Assembly (NCBI GenBank): GCA_026129095.1
Contig: JAHCIT010000012.1
Coordinates: forward strand, 1-64,000
DNA length: 64,000 bases
DNA from: Deltaproteobacteria bacterium
GTDB lineage: Bacteria; JAGRBM01; JAHCIT01
Reading direction: 5' to 3'
Part shown: positions 40,961 to 49,534 of the stretch, piece by piece
Position numbering within the stretch: the stretch's first letter is position 1
How the letters are laid out: each line of letters begins with the position of its first letter
Notes under the pieces: model-generated
Told to the model about the DNA's origin: nothing
What the model saw: the letters and a program-made list of their open reading frames with translations, nothing else
The model's database searches: none
Made by a program: the position numbers and the translations under genes

Positions 40961-41437
40961 TCATACCAGAGTCTTGGTCCCAGCCTTTACGGGCTTCTTC
41001 AGGTCGACCACCAGCGCCCCGTCTTCGGCCCGGGAGACATCCAGCCACTCCAGGGCCTTCGGTGCGGGGCCGCTCTCCACATTGCCGGCCGGTGAGAACA
41101 TGGAGCCATGACACGGGCACCTGAATCCCGTTTCGGCTTTCTGCACGATGCAGCCGAGATGCGTGCAGATGAGCGACATCACATGCAGTCCCTTTTCATC
41201 ACGCAGGACCATGACGTTATGCCGTTCGAGAATGCGGGAAGTTCCTTCGGGGAACTCGTTTGGAAACCCTAGCCGGACCTTCGAATCGGGTTCGTAATGC
41301 ACGTTGGGTTTGGGCATCCGGAGCAGCCCCAGCAGGCCCGCGAACAGGGCGGCGGCGGCGGTGCCGAAAGCGGCGGTGTCGAGGAATTCGCGTCTGGTCA
41401 CGCTGGCGCCGGCCGTATCGGCTGGTGAATGGGCCAT
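40961..41437 (-). CDS. Rieske [2Fe-2S] subunit
   Basis: Tat motif TRREFL, a TM helix, and CTHLGC and CPCHGS boxes. Confidence 0.93.
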   Translation of the reverse strand: MAHSPADTAGASVTRREFLDTAAFGTAAAALFAGLLGLLRMPKPNVHYEPDSKVRLGFPNEFPEGTSRILERHNVMVLRDEKGLHVMSLICTHLGCIVQKAETGFRCPCHGSMFSPAGNVESGPAPKALEWLDVSRAEDGALVVDLKKPVKAGTKTLV

Positions 41438-41506
41438 TGCTATCGCCTCCTTGCTGGCAGTCGCGCCCTTCTGCTCCACGCTATTCGGTGGAATGCCGGG
41501 GACCGA

Positions 41507-41520
41507 ATGATGGATGTCAT
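41507..41520. promoter_or_regulatory. Crp/Fnr-like palindrome ATGAT-GGAT-GTCAT upstream of the Rieske/cytb operon
   Basis: Intergenic. TAGCGT (41478-41483, minus strand) lies 23 nt downstream. Confidence 0.75.
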
Positions 41521-41534
41521 AGGACCTGCCATTA

Positions 41535-42005
41535 TTAGCGGCTCTCCGGACGGTTGCCATCAGTGGCCAGGTAGCCCATCAGGTCCGATATGTCGTTTTC
41601 GCTGAGGCCGAGAAATGGCATGACGGCCTCATATTGCTCTGAAAGCTGCCGTGCATCGCTGTCCGCCTGCCGCATCTGCTCCGGGTCGCGGAGCCATTCA
41701 CGAAGCCAGCCGGGCGTCCGGCGCGACGTAACGCCCTTCAGGTCCGGGCACTTCCCGAAGTATTCGCCAAAGCCATGGCATCCATTGCAGGCGTGTCTTT
41801 TGAACAGGCGCTCGCCGCGTCTGAGAGATTCAGGATCCGTGGGCAGGTCAGCGGTTACGGGATCCGCCGGTTCCGGCTGGGGAGAGAGGCTGCCCCGAGG
41901 AACCTCCCCTGCCGGCCGGGAGGTCTGCAATGAAGTGGCGCAGCCAGCGGCGGCGAGAAAGAGGCAGGCAAGAAACCTGCCTGCCGGGATGGCCGGAGTT
42001 CGCAT
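41535..42005 (-). CDS. Lipoprotein monoheme cytochrome c
   Basis: Lipobox-like AAGC, CNGCH, PDLKGV and a distal MP. Confidence 0.85.
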   Translation of the reverse strand: MRTPAIPAGRFLACLFLAAAGCATSLQTSRPAGEVPRGSLSPQPEPADPVTADLPTDPESLRRGERLFKRHACNGCHGFGEYFGKCPDLKGVTSRRTPGWLREWLRDPEQMRQADSDARQLSEQYEAVMPFLGLSENDISDLMGYLATDGNRPESR

Positions 42006-42023
42006 TTCCCCGGATGCTACCCG

Positions 42024-42227
42024 TCAGGAGGTTTTGGCGGCAAGCAGCGCTTCGATTTCCCTTTCGAGCTTCGCCAGGTCGATTCCGCCGGTTTTCGCCG
42101 CGTCCTCGATGGTGCGTGCGCCGCCGCAGCAGGTGTCGATGCCGTACTCGCCCAGGATCCGCAGGACCCTGGGCTCGCGCTTGACGAGTTCATTGATGGT
42201 CTGCTTGCTCACCTGTTCTGTGGTCAT
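42024..42227 (-). CDS. Stand-alone DUF542 (ScdA_N / RIC N-terminal domain) protein, 67 aa
   Basis: YGIDTCCGG..T motif. The ATG at 42227 has a GGGAGG RBS. The ORF track reports it only as the tail of a longer ORF. Confidence 0.85.
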   Translation of the reverse strand: MTTEQVSKQTINELVKREPRVLRILGEYGIDTCCGGARTIEDAAKTGGIDLAKLEREIEALLAAKTS

Positions 42228-42610
42228 GGGCGCCTCCCGAAGATGACTGAACCAATATTGAAGGCAAATACCAGAACGCCGGCGGCGGAGATGACCCCGC
42301 CGGCGAGCTGCGCCGGGATGGCCCCGGTCGTGCGTCCGAGCCAGAGCAGCAGCAGCCCGGTCACCGCCAGCCCGTAGTGCAGCCAGCCCAGGCCGGGGTA
42401 ACGGAGCGGGCGTCCCTGGAATCTGGGGAAAATATGGTACGAAACGCCATAGATCAGGAACGCGACGAAACCGATCGTCTGCCCATGGGTATGAACATAC
42501 CGGAGTTGCAGCGCATAGGGATTGTCGACGGCGAGGGCTGCGCCAAGGAGTGAGGCAAGGACGTGAACGAGCAGCGCGGTGCCGATGAATGCCTTGGATA
42601 GGGGGTTCAT
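42224..42610 (-). CDS. Small 4-TM protein with HxH motif (resembles a heme-copper oxidase/NnrS repeat unit)
   Basis: VHTHGQTIGF...IYG..YHIFPRF and four hydrophobic segments. Confidence 0.55.
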   Translation of the reverse strand: MNPLSKAFIGTALLVHVLASLLGAALAVDNPYALQLRYVHTHGQTIGFVAFLIYGVSYHIFPRFQGRPLRYPGLGWLHYGLAVTGLLLLWLGRTTGAIPAQLAGGVISAAGVLVFAFNIGSVIFGRRP

Positions 42611-43248
42611 GAGCGCACGCCGCCTTCATGTTGCGGGGCTGCGGTCTCGGCACGGACAATGGAACCGGGCTTATCCCATTCCTGCCTGACGAGTTTCCGG
42701 ATGCGTTCATTCCACAGCCTCTGGAATGCCGTCCGGTCTGTCGTCCCCTCTCCCAGCGCAGTCTGGAGATGGACGCCGAGTTCGGGGTCCGGCGGAACAC
42801 GGCCGAGATCGGCCGTAACGGCCACGGAGGCGCCAGTATCTGTTCGCGAGAAGTAAAACGTCCACGGCTTGAGGTCATCCGGATGGAACCGGAGCAGGCC
42901 CCGCCGCCGGAACCGTCCGCCCAGTCCGCCGAATCCGTTTTCGGCCGCGCCGCCGGTGATGAAGGTAAACACCTGGGAAATCGGGCCGTTGGACCCATCG
43001 GTGACTGCGCCGGGTATGTCGATGACGACCTCTCCGCGCCTGCCGGGTTCATCGCCATAAAGTTTCCGGATGGCGGCCCATGCCGCGAGATAGGCACCGG
43101 TAACTGTCGGGCAGAGATGCCCGGTCATCAGAATCATGTCTTCCAGCCGGTAGCTGAAGACATATCCTTCAGGCACGGAACCGAGCAGTTCCGCCAGCGG
43201 ATCGCGCATGCGGATCTCGAAGGCGGTGCCAGACAGGTCAGGCGGCAT
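42607..43248 (-). CDS. FmdE-like protein
   Basis: GHLCPTVTGAY and ITG...NGF.GL.G.F.RR motifs. Confidence 0.65.
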   Translation of the reverse strand: MPPDLSGTAFEIRMRDPLAELLGSVPEGYVFSYRLEDMILMTGHLCPTVTGAYLAAWAAIRKLYGDEPGRRGEVVIDIPGAVTDGSNGPISQVFTFITGGAAENGFGGLGGRFRRRGLLRFHPDDLKPWTFYFSRTDTGASVAVTADLGRVPPDPELGVHLQTALGEGTTDRTAFQRLWNERIRKLVRQEWDKPGSIVRAETAAPQHEGGVRS

Positions 43249-43741
43249 TGGTATTCGTTCCCGTCACCGGCTGCTGCGCCAGTTCGGCGGTTGAAAAGTC
43301 GATGATCCCGCGGTCGGAGCGCCTGCCGCCGATGGAACGGACGGCGAACCGCCGGATGGGGCTCTGCCCCGGCGCCGCTTTCGGCCGCCCGTGCCCCTTC
43401 CGGGAAGCACCGCGGAGCTGCTCGTACTTGTCGTGGTTTTTCTGCCGGACTGTTTCGATGAGGGCTGCCTCAGGCACGGGATCCAGGACGCAGTCTGCGA
43501 TGACCGACCAGTAGACCGTCAGGTCCGGGGTGTAACCGTCCACTTCGATGCAGATGCGCGGATCATGGCTGAGGCAGTCGTGCTTCCGGCCCCGCTGGGG
43601 CAGCCGCATGTAGAATGCCTCGCCGTCGAAATAGAACGGCATCGGAATGATGTACGGCCCGTCCGGGCCAATCATTCCAAGCCGTGCCAGTGGCGCCGAC
43701 TGGAGCAGGCTGGCGATTTCGTTGTGATCAAGTTCCTGCAT
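43238..43741 (-). CDS. Pyridoxamine 5'-phosphate oxidase / NimA-like flavin-binding protein
   Basis: ARLG.....PYIIP, GRK and P.IC.EVD......WSVI. Confidence 0.8.
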   Translation of the reverse strand: MQELDHNEIASLLQSAPLARLGMIGPDGPYIIPMPFYFDGEAFYMRLPQRGRKHDCLSHDPRICIEVDGYTPDLTVYWSVIADCVLDPVPEAALIETVRQKNHDKYEQLRGASRKGHGRPKAAPGQSPIRRFAVRSIGGRRSDRGIIDFSTAELAQQPVTGTNTNAA

Positions 43742-43750
43742 GACGGCCTT

Positions 43751-44227
43751 TCATGGTTTGGTGACTGTGAGGAAATATGCCTCGTCACGTTCCTCGATTG
43801 AAGCCGGGATACCCCGCTGTTCGAGCATCTGGATCAGGTGGCCGGGCATGCGGCTGAGAATAGCCCGGACCGGTTGTGCCGGTCCCGACCGATCAACGGC
43901 CTCGAGTATGAGCACCATTGGTTCCGGCGGTTCGAGCCCGCGAAGGTCCAGGACTCCTTCCGCGTTTTTGCGCGAATCGCCGGACTTCCTGGCGTATCTC
44001 TCCCCCGTGGAACTGATCCGGTAGCGGACATCGCCGGGCGTGCTCTGCATCAGGCTGGTTTGGGCGCCACGACGGCTGAGGAACGAGACGAGCGGTTTGG
44101 GGTCGAACGGGGTTACCAGCACGAACTCTTCGCCAGCCTTGAGGCGGTCAAACGCCGCAACGACGTGCTCGAACGGATCCGTGCCGCTTTCGATCATTCC
44201 CCTCACATCGACAATGGTGTATTCCAT
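43751..44227 (-). CDS. Tandem DUF2249 protein
   Basis: Two repeats: DVR...PF...PFDP.PL and LDLRGLEPPEPM. Confidence 0.8.
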   Translation of the reverse strand: MEYTIVDVRGMIESGTDPFEHVVAAFDRLKAGEEFVLVTPFDPKPLVSFLSRRGAQTSLMQSTPGDVRYRISSTGERYARKSGDSRKNAEGVLDLRGLEPPEPMVLILEAVDRSGPAQPVRAILSRMPGHLIQMLEQRGIPASIEERDEAYFLTVTKP

Positions 44228-44325
44228 GAACCCGGCTCATTGATATTGCCCCTTCAAAACGCCTAAGGCATGGGCAACAATCCCTTTCTCTCCGGCTACT
44301 GTAGGGGCCGGAACCTGTTTTTCTT

Positions 44326-44339
44326 ATGAGAGTCATCAT
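44326..44339. promoter_or_regulatory. Crp/Fnr-like palindrome ATGAG-AGTC-ATCAT
   Basis: Between the divergent DUF2249 operon and the regulator gene. TACAGT (44298-44303, minus strand) lies 22 nt downstream. Confidence 0.75.
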
Positions 44340-44345
44340 AGGGAG

Positions 44346-45071
44346 TTGGTCGAGAGCTTGGCGGTCATTATCAGATTTCCGGGAATCGAGAATATCGAAT
44401 TCCTGCAGCAAATGGAGCCGGCGCTGCGGGAACGGCTTCTGGAGCGGGCCCGTGAGGTCAGGTTCGAACGGGAGCGGCCCGTATTTCATGAGGGCAGCGA
44501 CTCCGCCACCGGCTACTTCGTGCTGGAAGGCTGGGTGAAACTCATCAAGACGGCGCCGAACGGCAAGCCCAGCATCGTGGGGCTGATCGGCCCCGGCGAG
44601 GCACTCGGTGTGGCCGTCGCCTATGAAGGTGGCCCCTATCCCGCGACCGCCATACCTGCGACGGCCGGGCGGATGGTCGCGATTCCCAGGTCTGACATCG
44701 TGGGGGTACTCGACTCCAACGCCAGGCTGGTGAAGCAGCTTTTTTCGATGGTCAGCGGGCGGTTGCGCCAGACGGCGGGCTCCCAGACCATGCTCGCCGC
44801 GGCGACCGTGGAATCCCGGCTAGCGCAACTGTGCGTCGAACTGCTCCACCGGATGGTCCAGATCGGCGGTGACCCGAACGTGCTCCCCCGGATACTGACG
44901 CGGCGGGAGATGGCCGAGATGGTCGGGACATCCGTCGAGACATCCATCCGGGTATTCCGCAAGTGGGAAACGATGGGAATTATCGAGTCCGATCCCGAGC
45001 ACCTGATCATCCGTGACCGCAAGCGGCTGGAAGCCCTCGTTTCCGCCTCCCGCGGCACCTCCGGTTCCTGA
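44346..45071 (+). CDS. Crp/Fnr family regulator, DNR/HcpR-like (start uncertain)
   Basis: cNMP-like domain (F.EG, G.VKL, GPGE, YPATA), VESRLA and HTH LTRREMAEMVGTSVETSIR. No FNR Cys cluster. Confidence 0.9.
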   Translation: MVESLAVIIRFPGIENIEFLQQMEPALRERLLERAREVRFERERPVFHEGSDSATGYFVLEGWVKLIKTAPNGKPSIVGLIGPGEALGVAVAYEGGPYPATAIPATAGRMVAIPRSDIVGVLDSNARLVKQLFSMVSGRLRQTAGSQTMLAAATVESRLAQLCVELLHRMVQIGGDPNVLPRILTRREMAEMVGTSVETSIRVFRKWETMGIIESDPEHLIIRDRKRLEALVSASRGTSGS

Positions 45072-45080
45072 CCGACGCAG

Positions 45081-46175
45081 TCAGACGGCGATGGCCCGGG
45101 CTCCTGAAGGCGGCTGGTAGGGGCAACCGGGGTCTTCGGCCAGCGGGTTTCCGGTATGGGCGAACGCCCGGGCCCTGGAACCACCGCAGATTTCGCGGTA
45201 CTCGCATATCCCGCATTTGCCTTCGAGGCGGCTGGAGTCCCGGAGCGAGACGAGAAGCGGATGATGCCGGTAAACCTCGGCGAGATTTTGCGACCGGACG
45301 TTCCCGCAGTGAACGGGAAGAAATCCGCTGGGGAAAATCTCTCCGTGATGGGAGATGAAGATGAACCCTTTTCCGTCGTTAACGCCGAAGGTCGACAGGC
45401 GGCGGACAAACTCCGTATTGGGCGACTGGTCCCTGCGGCTGGCCATCTGGGTAAAGAGCCGCCGGAACTGCGGTGCCGCCGTGGTCTTTGACGGGATGTG
45501 GAATTCGGCCGCCACCTGCACCAGTTCCCGGCAGCTCTTTTCGATCTCTCCGGCCGTCAGCTCCTCTTCCCGGCGCGATCTTCCGGTCGGGACGCAGTAG
45601 AACACGCTCCAGAGCGCCACATTGAGCGTGCTTACCAGGGCGCCGAGGGCCCGGAGTTCACCGGCATTCCGGCGGTCCAGCGCGCTGTTGATCTGGAGCG
45701 ACAGGCCGATGTCCGCCGCGTAGCGCGCGATGGCAAGCGTCCGCTCGAAGGACCCGCTCCAGCCCCGCCGGCTGTCGTGAATGGCGGCGGTGGGGCCGTC
45801 GAGCGACAGGGCAAGGCGCTTCAGGCCTGAGGCTTTAAGACGCAGCACCGCCGCTTCGGTCAATAATGGAGTTGCCGAAGGTGTCATTGTCATCTGCAGG
45901 CCGAGTGCGCTGCCGTAGCTCACGAGTTCGAACACGTCGGGCCGCTTCAGCGGATCGCCGCCGGTGAACACCACAACGGTTCCACCCATGGCACGGATAT
46001 CTTCCAGGAGCCTTTTCCCCTCGTCCGTATCCAGTTCCAGGGGATCCCGGTGGCTGACGGCATCGGCCCGGCAGTGGGTGCAGGTGAGATCGCAGGCCCG
46101 GGTCAGTTCCCAGATCGTGATGAGCGGGGCCTGTTCGTAAGTGGTGACCGGACGGATCGGCGTGGGGGCAGCCAT
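45081..46175 (-). CDS. Radical SAM/SPASM protein, AhbD/NirJ-related (TIGR04053-like)
   Basis: WELTRACDLTCTHCRA, TGGDPL, GVNDGKG..FISH.G.I.PSGFLP and GKCGICEYREICGGSRARA. Confidence 0.8.
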   Translation of the reverse strand: MAAPTPIRPVTTYEQAPLITIWELTRACDLTCTHCRADAVSHRDPLELDTDEGKRLLEDIRAMGGTVVVFTGGDPLKRPDVFELVSYGSALGLQMTMTPSATPLLTEAAVLRLKASGLKRLALSLDGPTAAIHDSRRGWSGSFERTLAIARYAADIGLSLQINSALDRRNAGELRALGALVSTLNVALWSVFYCVPTGRSRREEELTAGEIEKSCRELVQVAAEFHIPSKTTAAPQFRRLFTQMASRRDQSPNTEFVRRLSTFGVNDGKGFIFISHHGEIFPSGFLPVHCGNVRSQNLAEVYRHHPLLVSLRDSSRLEGKCGICEYREICGGSRARAFAHTGNPLAEDPGCPYQPPSGARAIAV

Positions 46176-46267
46176 GCGCTTTTCCTTTAAGATGTTCAGC
46201 CGCTGGATGACCACAATTGGTACCAGCCCTGACATTTAGATATTGACGTGCCGATTAATCGCCCGTA

Positions 46268-46281
46268 ATGATAGGTGTCAT
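46268..46281. promoter_or_regulatory. Crp/Fnr-like palindrome ATGAT-AGGT-GTCAT upstream of norC
   Basis: Lies in the AT-rich divergent intergenic region. Confidence 0.75.
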
Positions 46282-46374
46282 AAAACTACCACCTGAAATT
46301 GGTGCATCGTCAGGCGTGAAAGTCACCGGAGCACACGATCCCGATGTGTTCCGCGGCTGCTGGAGGTTGGGAAT

Positions 46375-47217
46375 ATGGCGCTGTCCCGCACTGCATCGCG
46401 AAATATTTTTGTTCTGGGAAGTATCGGCTGCGCCGTGGCGTTGCTGGCGATGACAATCGACTTCCACCGGGTCGCCGCCGAGCGGACACGCGAGGCGGAA
46501 AATCTCACGGAAGCGTCAGTCCGCGGCAAGGAGGTCTGGGAGAAATACAACTGCGTGAACTGCCACGGCCGGCTCGGCGAAGGCGCCTACTACGCACCGG
46601 ATCTCACCGTCGCTTACGAGCGGATGGGTGCGGGCTGGATCGAGCACATGCTCAAGGATCCGCAGACCGCCTACTGGGGCCCGCCGGAAAATGCGGTCGG
46701 ACGGCGCAAGATGCCGCACCTCAAGATGACCGATGAGGAAGTCGCCGACATGATCGAGTTCCTGAAGTTCCTCAACGGCATCAACCGGAACAACTGGCCG
46801 CCGGAAGGAAGCTGGCCGCGCGGTGTTCCGATTCCGCCGGGAACCGATGAAGCCAAAGGCGAGCACCTGTTCGAGACACTCGGCTGCAGGGAATGTCACG
46901 GAGCCAACGGCCGCCGGAGCCGGACGCCGGTCGGTCCCGACCTGACCTATGTGTCGAGCCGGCTTCCCAGGGAATGGATCAAGCAGGAGATACAGGTTCC
47001 GGCAGCCGACTATCCGGAAACCAAGATGCCGGACTTCAGTGTCTCCGACGAAGACACCGAACTGATCATCAGATATCTTGATTATATCAACGAGAAGGGC
47101 GGCGGCATTATCGGAGGCCATCCGAAGGGGCCCCGCACCAAGATCACGCTGGCGACTCCGCCCAAGGTGGAGGAACCGCCGCCGGGATCAGAAGATGACC
47201 TCTTTGGCGGGCAATGA
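46375..47217 (+). CDS. norC: Nitric oxide reductase cytochrome c subunit, extended diheme form
   Basis: NorC N-terminus (A..IF..GS, TM helix, GKEVWEKYNCVNCH...GEGAYYAPDLT, RR.MP, N.NNWPP), plus a second cytochrome c domain with CRECH. Confidence 0.88.
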   Translation: MALSRTASRNIFVLGSIGCAVALLAMTIDFHRVAAERTREAENLTEASVRGKEVWEKYNCVNCHGRLGEGAYYAPDLTVAYERMGAGWIEHMLKDPQTAYWGPPENAVGRRKMPHLKMTDEEVADMIEFLKFLNGINRNNWPPEGSWPRGVPIPPGTDEAKGEHLFETLGCRECHGANGRRSRTPVGPDLTYVSSRLPREWIKQEIQVPAADYPETKMPDFSVSDEDTELIIRYLDYINEKGGGIIGGHPKGPRTKITLATPPKVEEPPPGSEDDLFGGQ

Positions 47218-47270
47218 CGGGTAACTGAGAACAGCGTTCCAGATTATCGAGATTAAGGAAAGGGAAACCC

Positions 47271-48644
47271 ATGTATCCGGAAACCAACAAAGTCGTCAGA
47301 TGGCACTTCGGGATCGCGCTGCTTCTGTTTGCCCTGCAGCTGGTGTTCGGGCTGCTGTCGGTAATTCACTACGTGAACGGGGATGCCCTGTCCGGCACGC
47401 TGCTGGAGTTTCACGTCGTCCGCACCTGCCACATCAACCTGCTGGTGGTCTGGCTGCTGATCGGCTTCTTTGGCGCGACGTATCATATCGTTTCCGAGGA
47501 ATCCCAGCGGGAGCTGTACTCGCCCAAGCTGGCCATGATCACGCTGGCGGCGTTCGTGGGCGGCGGCGTGGCGGGACTGGTGGGCTATATCTTCTTCCAC
47601 CACTGGCAGGGACGCGAGTTCCTGGAGCTACCCCTCTATCTCGATGTCGCCGTAGTCATTGTGGTCCTGGCGTTCCTTTACAACGCCATCATGACTGTCT
47701 GGAAGGGCCAGCGCCGCACGACGGTGGAAATGGTGCTGCTTCTGGGACTGGTGCTGATGGCGCTGCTCTATTTCCCCGGCAACATGTTCTTCCGCAACGA
47801 GGCGCTTCAGTCGTTCTACTGGTGGTGGACGATCCATCTCTGGGTGGAAGGCGTATGGGAACTGATCATGGGCGCGATGCTTGCGTTCATGCTGATCAAG
47901 ATGACCGGCGTGGACCGCGAGGTGATGGAGAAGTGGCTCTACGTGGTCGTCTCGCTGACCTTCTTCACGGGAATCCTGGGCATCGGGCACCACTACTACT
48001 GGATCGGCACGCCGAACTACTGGCTGTTCGTCGGGGCGTTCTTCAGCGCGCTGGAACCGCTCGCGTTCGTGGCAATGATCATCTACGCCGTCTACGCGAA
48101 GCAGAAATCCAGGCGCGATCACCCCAACGGTGCGGCGATGATCTGGACCATCGGTTGCACGATCATGGCATTCGTGGGGATCATGCTCGGTTTCGCCCAG
48201 ACGCTGCCGGGGATCAATTCCTACACGCATGGCACGCATGTGACGGCCTCGCACGGACACTACGCATTCTTCGGTGCCTACGCGATGATAAACCTTGCGT
48301 TCTTCACCTACATGCTGCCGATCCTCAACAAGATCGAGGCAGAAGAGTGGAAACAGTCGCGCAGCGTCGCGTCCTTCTGGATCATGGTGCTTTCGATGAT
48401 CGGCCTGTCCACGGCCGTCATGGTCGCCGGCATCGTCCAGACGGTCTACGAGCGGGTGAACGGCATCCCGTACATTACCGTGCAGGAGCACGGCACGATG
48501 CAGCTTTCCTACCAGCTCTGGCTGGTGTTCGGACTCTGCTTCACCGCCGGAGCGCTCCTGTTCATCTATGATTTCTTCGCGCCACAGAAGGTGTCGGCCG
48601 AAGAGGCCGCATCGGCAAAAGTCGCCACAGCGGCCGGTGGTTGA
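47271..48644 (+). CDS. norB: Cytochrome c-dependent nitric oxide reductase, large subunit
   Basis: H.NL, GREFLE, HLWVEGVWE, GHHYYW, SALEP and HGH.AF.G. All six His ligands and the conserved Glu residues are visible. Confidence 0.95.
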   Translation: MYPETNKVVRWHFGIALLLFALQLVFGLLSVIHYVNGDALSGTLLEFHVVRTCHINLLVVWLLIGFFGATYHIVSEESQRELYSPKLAMITLAAFVGGGVAGLVGYIFFHHWQGREFLELPLYLDVAVVIVVLAFLYNAIMTVWKGQRRTTVEMVLLLGLVLMALLYFPGNMFFRNEALQSFYWWWTIHLWVEGVWELIMGAMLAFMLIKMTGVDREVMEKWLYVVVSLTFFTGILGIGHHYYWIGTPNYWLFVGAFFSALEPLAFVAMIIYAVYAKQKSRRDHPNGAAMIWTIGCTIMAFVGIMLGFAQTLPGINSYTHGTHVTASHGHYAFFGAYAMINLAFFTYMLPILNKIEAEEWKQSRSVASFWIMVLSMIGLSTAVMVAGIVQTVYERVNGIPYITVQEHGTMQLSYQLWLVFGLCFTAGALLFIYDFFAPQKVSAEEAASAKVATAAGG

Positions 48645-48698
48645 AGACGTCTCCCGCCGCTTCTCAGGATGCGCGGGTGAAGTAAGTTGAGGAGTTCC

Positions 48699-49529
48699 AT
48701 GGTCAAGCAGCCCGGCACGGTTTCGCAGGTGAAAACCGGAGAAGGACTTCCCTATTACATCCCGACGGGTAGGGAGGTGGAGGTCTTTCAGGCGGCATAC
48801 AGCCGCAAGGCGCCAGTGATGCTGAAGGGGCCGACCGGGTGCGGGAAAACCCGGTTCGTGCAGCACATGGCTGTCCGTCTGGGCGTTCCCGTGGTGACGG
48901 TCCCGTGCCACGACGACCTGACGGCGGCCGACCTGGTCGGGCGCCACCTGATTCAGGGTGGCGAGACGAAATGGGTTGATGGCCCGCTGACCCGGGCCGT
49001 CCGCGAAGGCGCCATCTGCTACCTCGATGAGGTCATCGAGGCACGCAAGGACACGGTCGTCGTGATTCACCCCCTGACCGATGACCGCCGGACCCTGTTC
49101 ATCGAACGGACCGGCGAGACACTCCACGCGCCGCCTTCGTTCATGCTGGTGATGAGCTTCAACCCCGGCTACCAGAGCCCGCTGAAGGCCCTCAAGCCGT
49201 CAACACGTCAGCGGTTCGTCGGAATCGATCTCACCTGGCCGGAGCCGGAACTGGAAGAGAAGATCGTCTGCCATGAGACGGGTATCGATCCCCAGTCATC
49301 TCACCGCCTGGTCCGGCTTGCCCGGAAGATCCGGCCCCTGCGGGAACAGGGGCTGGAGGAGATCCCCGGCACGCGGGCCATTATCCATGCAGCGAACCTG
49401 ATCAAGGCAGGCGTTGCCCCGGTGGAAGCGGCCATTGCGGCCCTTGGCGTGCCGCTGACCGAGGAACCCCAGCTCATCGATTCGATCCGTACCCTTGCGG
49501 GCATGTCGTTCCCTGAACAGGAGTCCTAG
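48699..49529 (+). CDS. norQ: NorQ/NirQ/CbbQ AAA+ ATPase
   Basis: GPTGCGKTRF, CHDDL, YLDE..EAR.D and NPGYQ...LKPSTRQRF. Confidence 0.93.
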   Translation: MVKQPGTVSQVKTGEGLPYYIPTGREVEVFQAAYSRKAPVMLKGPTGCGKTRFVQHMAVRLGVPVVTVPCHDDLTAADLVGRHLIQGGETKWVDGPLTRAVREGAICYLDEVIEARKDTVVVIHPLTDDRRTLFIERTGETLHAPPSFMLVMSFNPGYQSPLKALKPSTRQRFVGIDLTWPEPELEEKIVCHETGIDPQSSHRLVRLARKIRPLREQGLEEIPGTRAIIHAANLIKAGVAPVEAAIAALGVPLTEEPQLIDSIRTLAGMSFPEQES

Positions 49530-49534
49530 GCCTC

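Noticed and set aside
42024-43097. 357-aa ORF in the track
   Set aside because: Only the last 67 codons (DUF542, with its own RBS) look real. The rest overlaps two better-supported genes in other frames.
47271-48644. Possibility that NorB is an NO dismutase or an unusual oxidase
   Set aside because: All canonical cNOR His and Glu motifs are intact, and norC, norQ and norD flank it.
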